64,000 nucleotides of DNA from the NCBI GenBank assembly GCA_002269645.1, contig NIVC01001407.1, positions 1 to 64,000 of the forward strand, in the 5' to 3' direction. The translations under genes were made by a program, and so were the position numbers. The DNA is from Macrostomum lignano (lineage: Eukaryota). Below the pieces are notes generated by a model. The model was given only the letters and a program-made list of their open reading frames with translations. It was not told the DNA's origin and did not search any database. Below are positions 60,160 through 64,000 of this stretch, piece by piece. Each line of letters opens with the position of its first letter. Positions within the stretch are counted from its first letter, which is position 1.

Positions 60160-60655
60160 TCGTTTGGGGCTCTGAAATGAGGTGGCGGTCGTTTTTGGGG
60201 TCTGAAATGAGGTGGTGGTCGTTTTGGGGCTCTGAAATGAGGTGGCGGTCGTTTTTGGGGTCTGAAATGAGGAGATGGTCGTTTTGGGGGGGTCTGGAAT
60301 GAGGTGGCGGTCGTTTTGGTGGCTTTGGAATCAGGTGGTGGTCATTTTTGGGGTCTGAAATGAGGTGGTGGTCGTTTTGGGGCTCTGAAATGAGGTGGCG
60401 GTCGTTTTTGGGGTCTGAAATGAGGTGGTGGTCGTTTTGGGGCTCTGAAATGAGGTGGCGGTCGTTTTTGGGGTCTGAAATGAGGTGGTGGTCGTTTTGG
60501 GGCTCTGAAATGAGGTGGCGGTCGTTTTTGGGGTCTGAAATGAGGAGATGGTCGTTTTGGGGGGTCTGGAATGAGGTGGCGGTCGTTTTGGTGGCTTTGG
60601 AATCAGGTGGTGGTCATTTTGGGGGGTCTGAAATGAGGTGGTGGTCGTTTTGGGA
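60160..60655. repeat. 30/31-bp minisatellite (GGTCGTTTTGGGGCTCTGAAATGAGGTGG(T/C))n
   Basis: Alternating dimer structure. Confidence 0.95.
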
Positions 60656-60960
60656 CAAGACAATATGGGCTGTTGTAAACGGGTTATTGATTCACGCAGA
60701 AGTGTACGTACCTTTGGATAGAAAAAACCTACAATTTACTGATTAGTGCTGGAAAATACTCGTGATAAGATAATCGTAAGTCTTGATTGGATGAAGCATG
60801 GACTTACGTCTAAGATGTACTCTAGCAAAGCAAAATAATTATATAGTTTTTAGGTTTGAATTATAATGTTAAACAAAATGCTTGTGTGACAAGACAAATA
60901 ATCGTTATTCTTTTTAACGATAATACAATAAGCTGACTGTTACGGTTTTAACCAACGCAG

Positions 60961-62225
60961 TCACTGCGGCCACCTCTCATTAGACTGAATAGCATCCAGA
61001 ACCTGTTGTATTGTTCTCGTCTGCATCGCCAGCAAGCTCTTCATCATTTCTCGATAATAAGGCATGCTAATGCGACCGTTCTGTAACAATTGCAGAAAGT
61101 CTAACTGCTTCCGAACTGTGTTGTCCATTGTGTCAACCATTGTTGTGTGCACTTCGATAAGCTGACTGAAATTTGGATTTCGGGTGTGACTAAATCTGTC
61201 AGAATGTGATTAGAATGTGATCAGGTGTGACAAGAATCAGTCAGACAATGGATAGGATTACAGGTGTGACAAGAATCGGTTGGACAATGGATAGGATCAC
61301 AGGTGTGACAAGAATCGGTCAGAAAACGGATAGGATTACAGGTGTGACAAGAATCGGTCAGAAAACGGATAGGATTACAGGTGTGAAAAGAATCGGTCAG
61401 AAAACGGATAGGATTACAGGTGTGACAAGAATCGGTCAGACAATGAATAGGATTGCAGGTGTGACAAGAACCGGTCAGAAAACGGATAGGATTACAGGTG
61501 TGAAAAGAATCGGTCAGACAATGGAGGATCACAGGTGTGACAAGAATCGGTCAGAAAACGGATAGGATTACAGGTGTGACAAGAATCGGTCAGAAAACGG
61601 ATAGGATTACAGGTGTGACAAGAATCGGTCAGAAAACGGATAGGATTACAGGTGTGACAAGAATCGGTCAGAAAACGGATAGGATTACAGGTGTGACAAG
61701 AATCGGTCAGACAATGAATAGGATTGCAGGTGTGACAAGAACCGGTCAGAAAACGGATAGGATTGCAGGTGTGACAAGAACCGGTCAGAAAACGGATAGG
61801 ATTACAGGTGTGACAAGAATCGGTCAGACAATGAATAGGATTGCAGGTGTGACAAGAACCGGTCAGAAAACGGATAGGATTACAGGTGTGAAAAGAATCG
61901 GTCAGACGATGGAGGACCACAGGTGTGACAAGAACCGGTCAGACAATGGGATCAAAATAAACTCGGCACTCAGTTCTTACCTGTCAGTGATTCCCTGCTG
62001 AGAAGTGTCTTTCCCAGCGGCCCGCTTTTTTCTTTGACGCTCCGTTGACTTTTGCGTCTCAGATTTCTTAGGCTGCTTGTGATGCTGCAGCCCAGACTCC
62101 AGTGCTTCATCAGATTGCTGCTGCTGCGGCGGCCGGTGCAGATTGAAGCTGACGGCTTTGGCCACTCGAGACGACTGGCGGGCGCTTGGCTGACGAATCT
62201 GTGGCGCTGGGCGGTTCTGCGCGTC
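60961..62225 (-). CDS. Last two exons of a minus-strand gene; C-terminal helix resembles the kinesin-13 (KIF24/KIF2) tail
   Basis: Exons 62225-61981 (CAG|GAC...GACAG|GTAAG) and 61165-60961 (TTTCAG|T...TGA), phases match. Translation ends LIEVHTTMVDTMDNTVRKQLDFLQLLQNGRISMPYYREMMKSLLAMQTRTIQQVLDAIQSNERWPQ. The exons are well supported; the family call is tentative. Confidence 0.6.
61223..61946. repeat. 39-bp minisatellite (ACAGGTGTGACAAGAATCGGTCAGAAAACGGATAGGATT)n
   Basis: ~18 copies filling the intron 61166-61980. Confidence 0.97.
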
Positions 62226-62235
62226 CTGCAGGTTA

Positions 62236-63451
<1,216 letters not shown>

Positions 63452-64000
63452 AGCCAGATCCTTTCCTGGTTGCTGAAACTTAACAAAATTCAACTGTGTG
63501 AAGTAGTGGCACTGGGTCAGCCTGATTAGCCGTGTCATTAGGTGCATAATATCTACCAAATAAAGGATGCATTTCCTGTCTGCAATTCCTACACAAGTGT
63601 ATAAAAATGCTTTGTTTTAGAAATAAAGAGGCGAAGCCTCACTAGCTCCGATATTAATCATTAAAATTATTTATTGCTATAAAACTTAATAATATCATTC
63701 GCAGAAATTCATTATAATCGAAGTGACACTTCATGTTCTACGAGGTTTAAATTTATTCTGCAGAGTTCTAAGTGGCCATAAGATGCGCCATTCTGGCCTT
63801 GAAACAATAGCGACCTTCTTGAATACATGTAGGGCATTCAGACAATCTTCTAATTAGATAACTTTTTACAACTTTCACATGGACTCACGCTGAGCTAAGT
63901 GAACCGAGCTGCACTCAATTAAATATCACGTGACCAAATCAACTGGAGGAGATAAGAGAGCAGGGTACAGAGTCGCGACAGCAAACTCAGCTGCTTATTT

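Noticed and set aside
63455-63850. Further upstream exons of the minus-strand gene
   Set aside because: Short open stretches exist but no donor/acceptor pair gave a phase-0 join to 62225.

Overview
Eukaryotic (metazoan) genomic DNA with GT-AG introns and very dense mini/microsatellites. No operons, rRNA or CRISPR were found. Exons were assembled by hand, and the reading frame is continuous across every junction given. The window holds: (1) the 3' part of an ATP10-type P4-ATPase flippase (+, 8 exons, 8.2-19.3 kb); (2) a tandem pair of genes that each splice a ~8-9 ankyrin-repeat exon to a MAP3K19/STE-like kinase (+, 23.6-26.8 kb intact; 33.4-35.9 kb frameshifted); (3) a complete NEK11 (-, 4 exons); (4) head-to-head with it, a complete 15-exon kinesin-3 KIF28/KLP6-like gene ending in a CaaX box; (5) the last two exons of a minus-strand gene with a kinesin-13-like C-terminal helix. 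Mobile DNA includes a MITE with 235-bp inverted arms, a decayed Crypton-like tyrosine recombinase, a decayed non-LTR retrotransposon and a tRNA-derived SINE head. Almost every long intron is filled by a different tandem repeat. The main candidate for something new is the ANK-kinase pair. Its framework is nearly identical between copies, but differences concentrate on the ankyrin binding surface and kinase substrate-binding segments. Both copies lack the alphaC glutamate, and copy B has gained a myristoylation-type N-terminus, as expected of a diversifying sensor/(pseudo)kinase family. The repeat landscape resembles repeat-rich flatworm genomes such as Macrostomum, but that is inference only.
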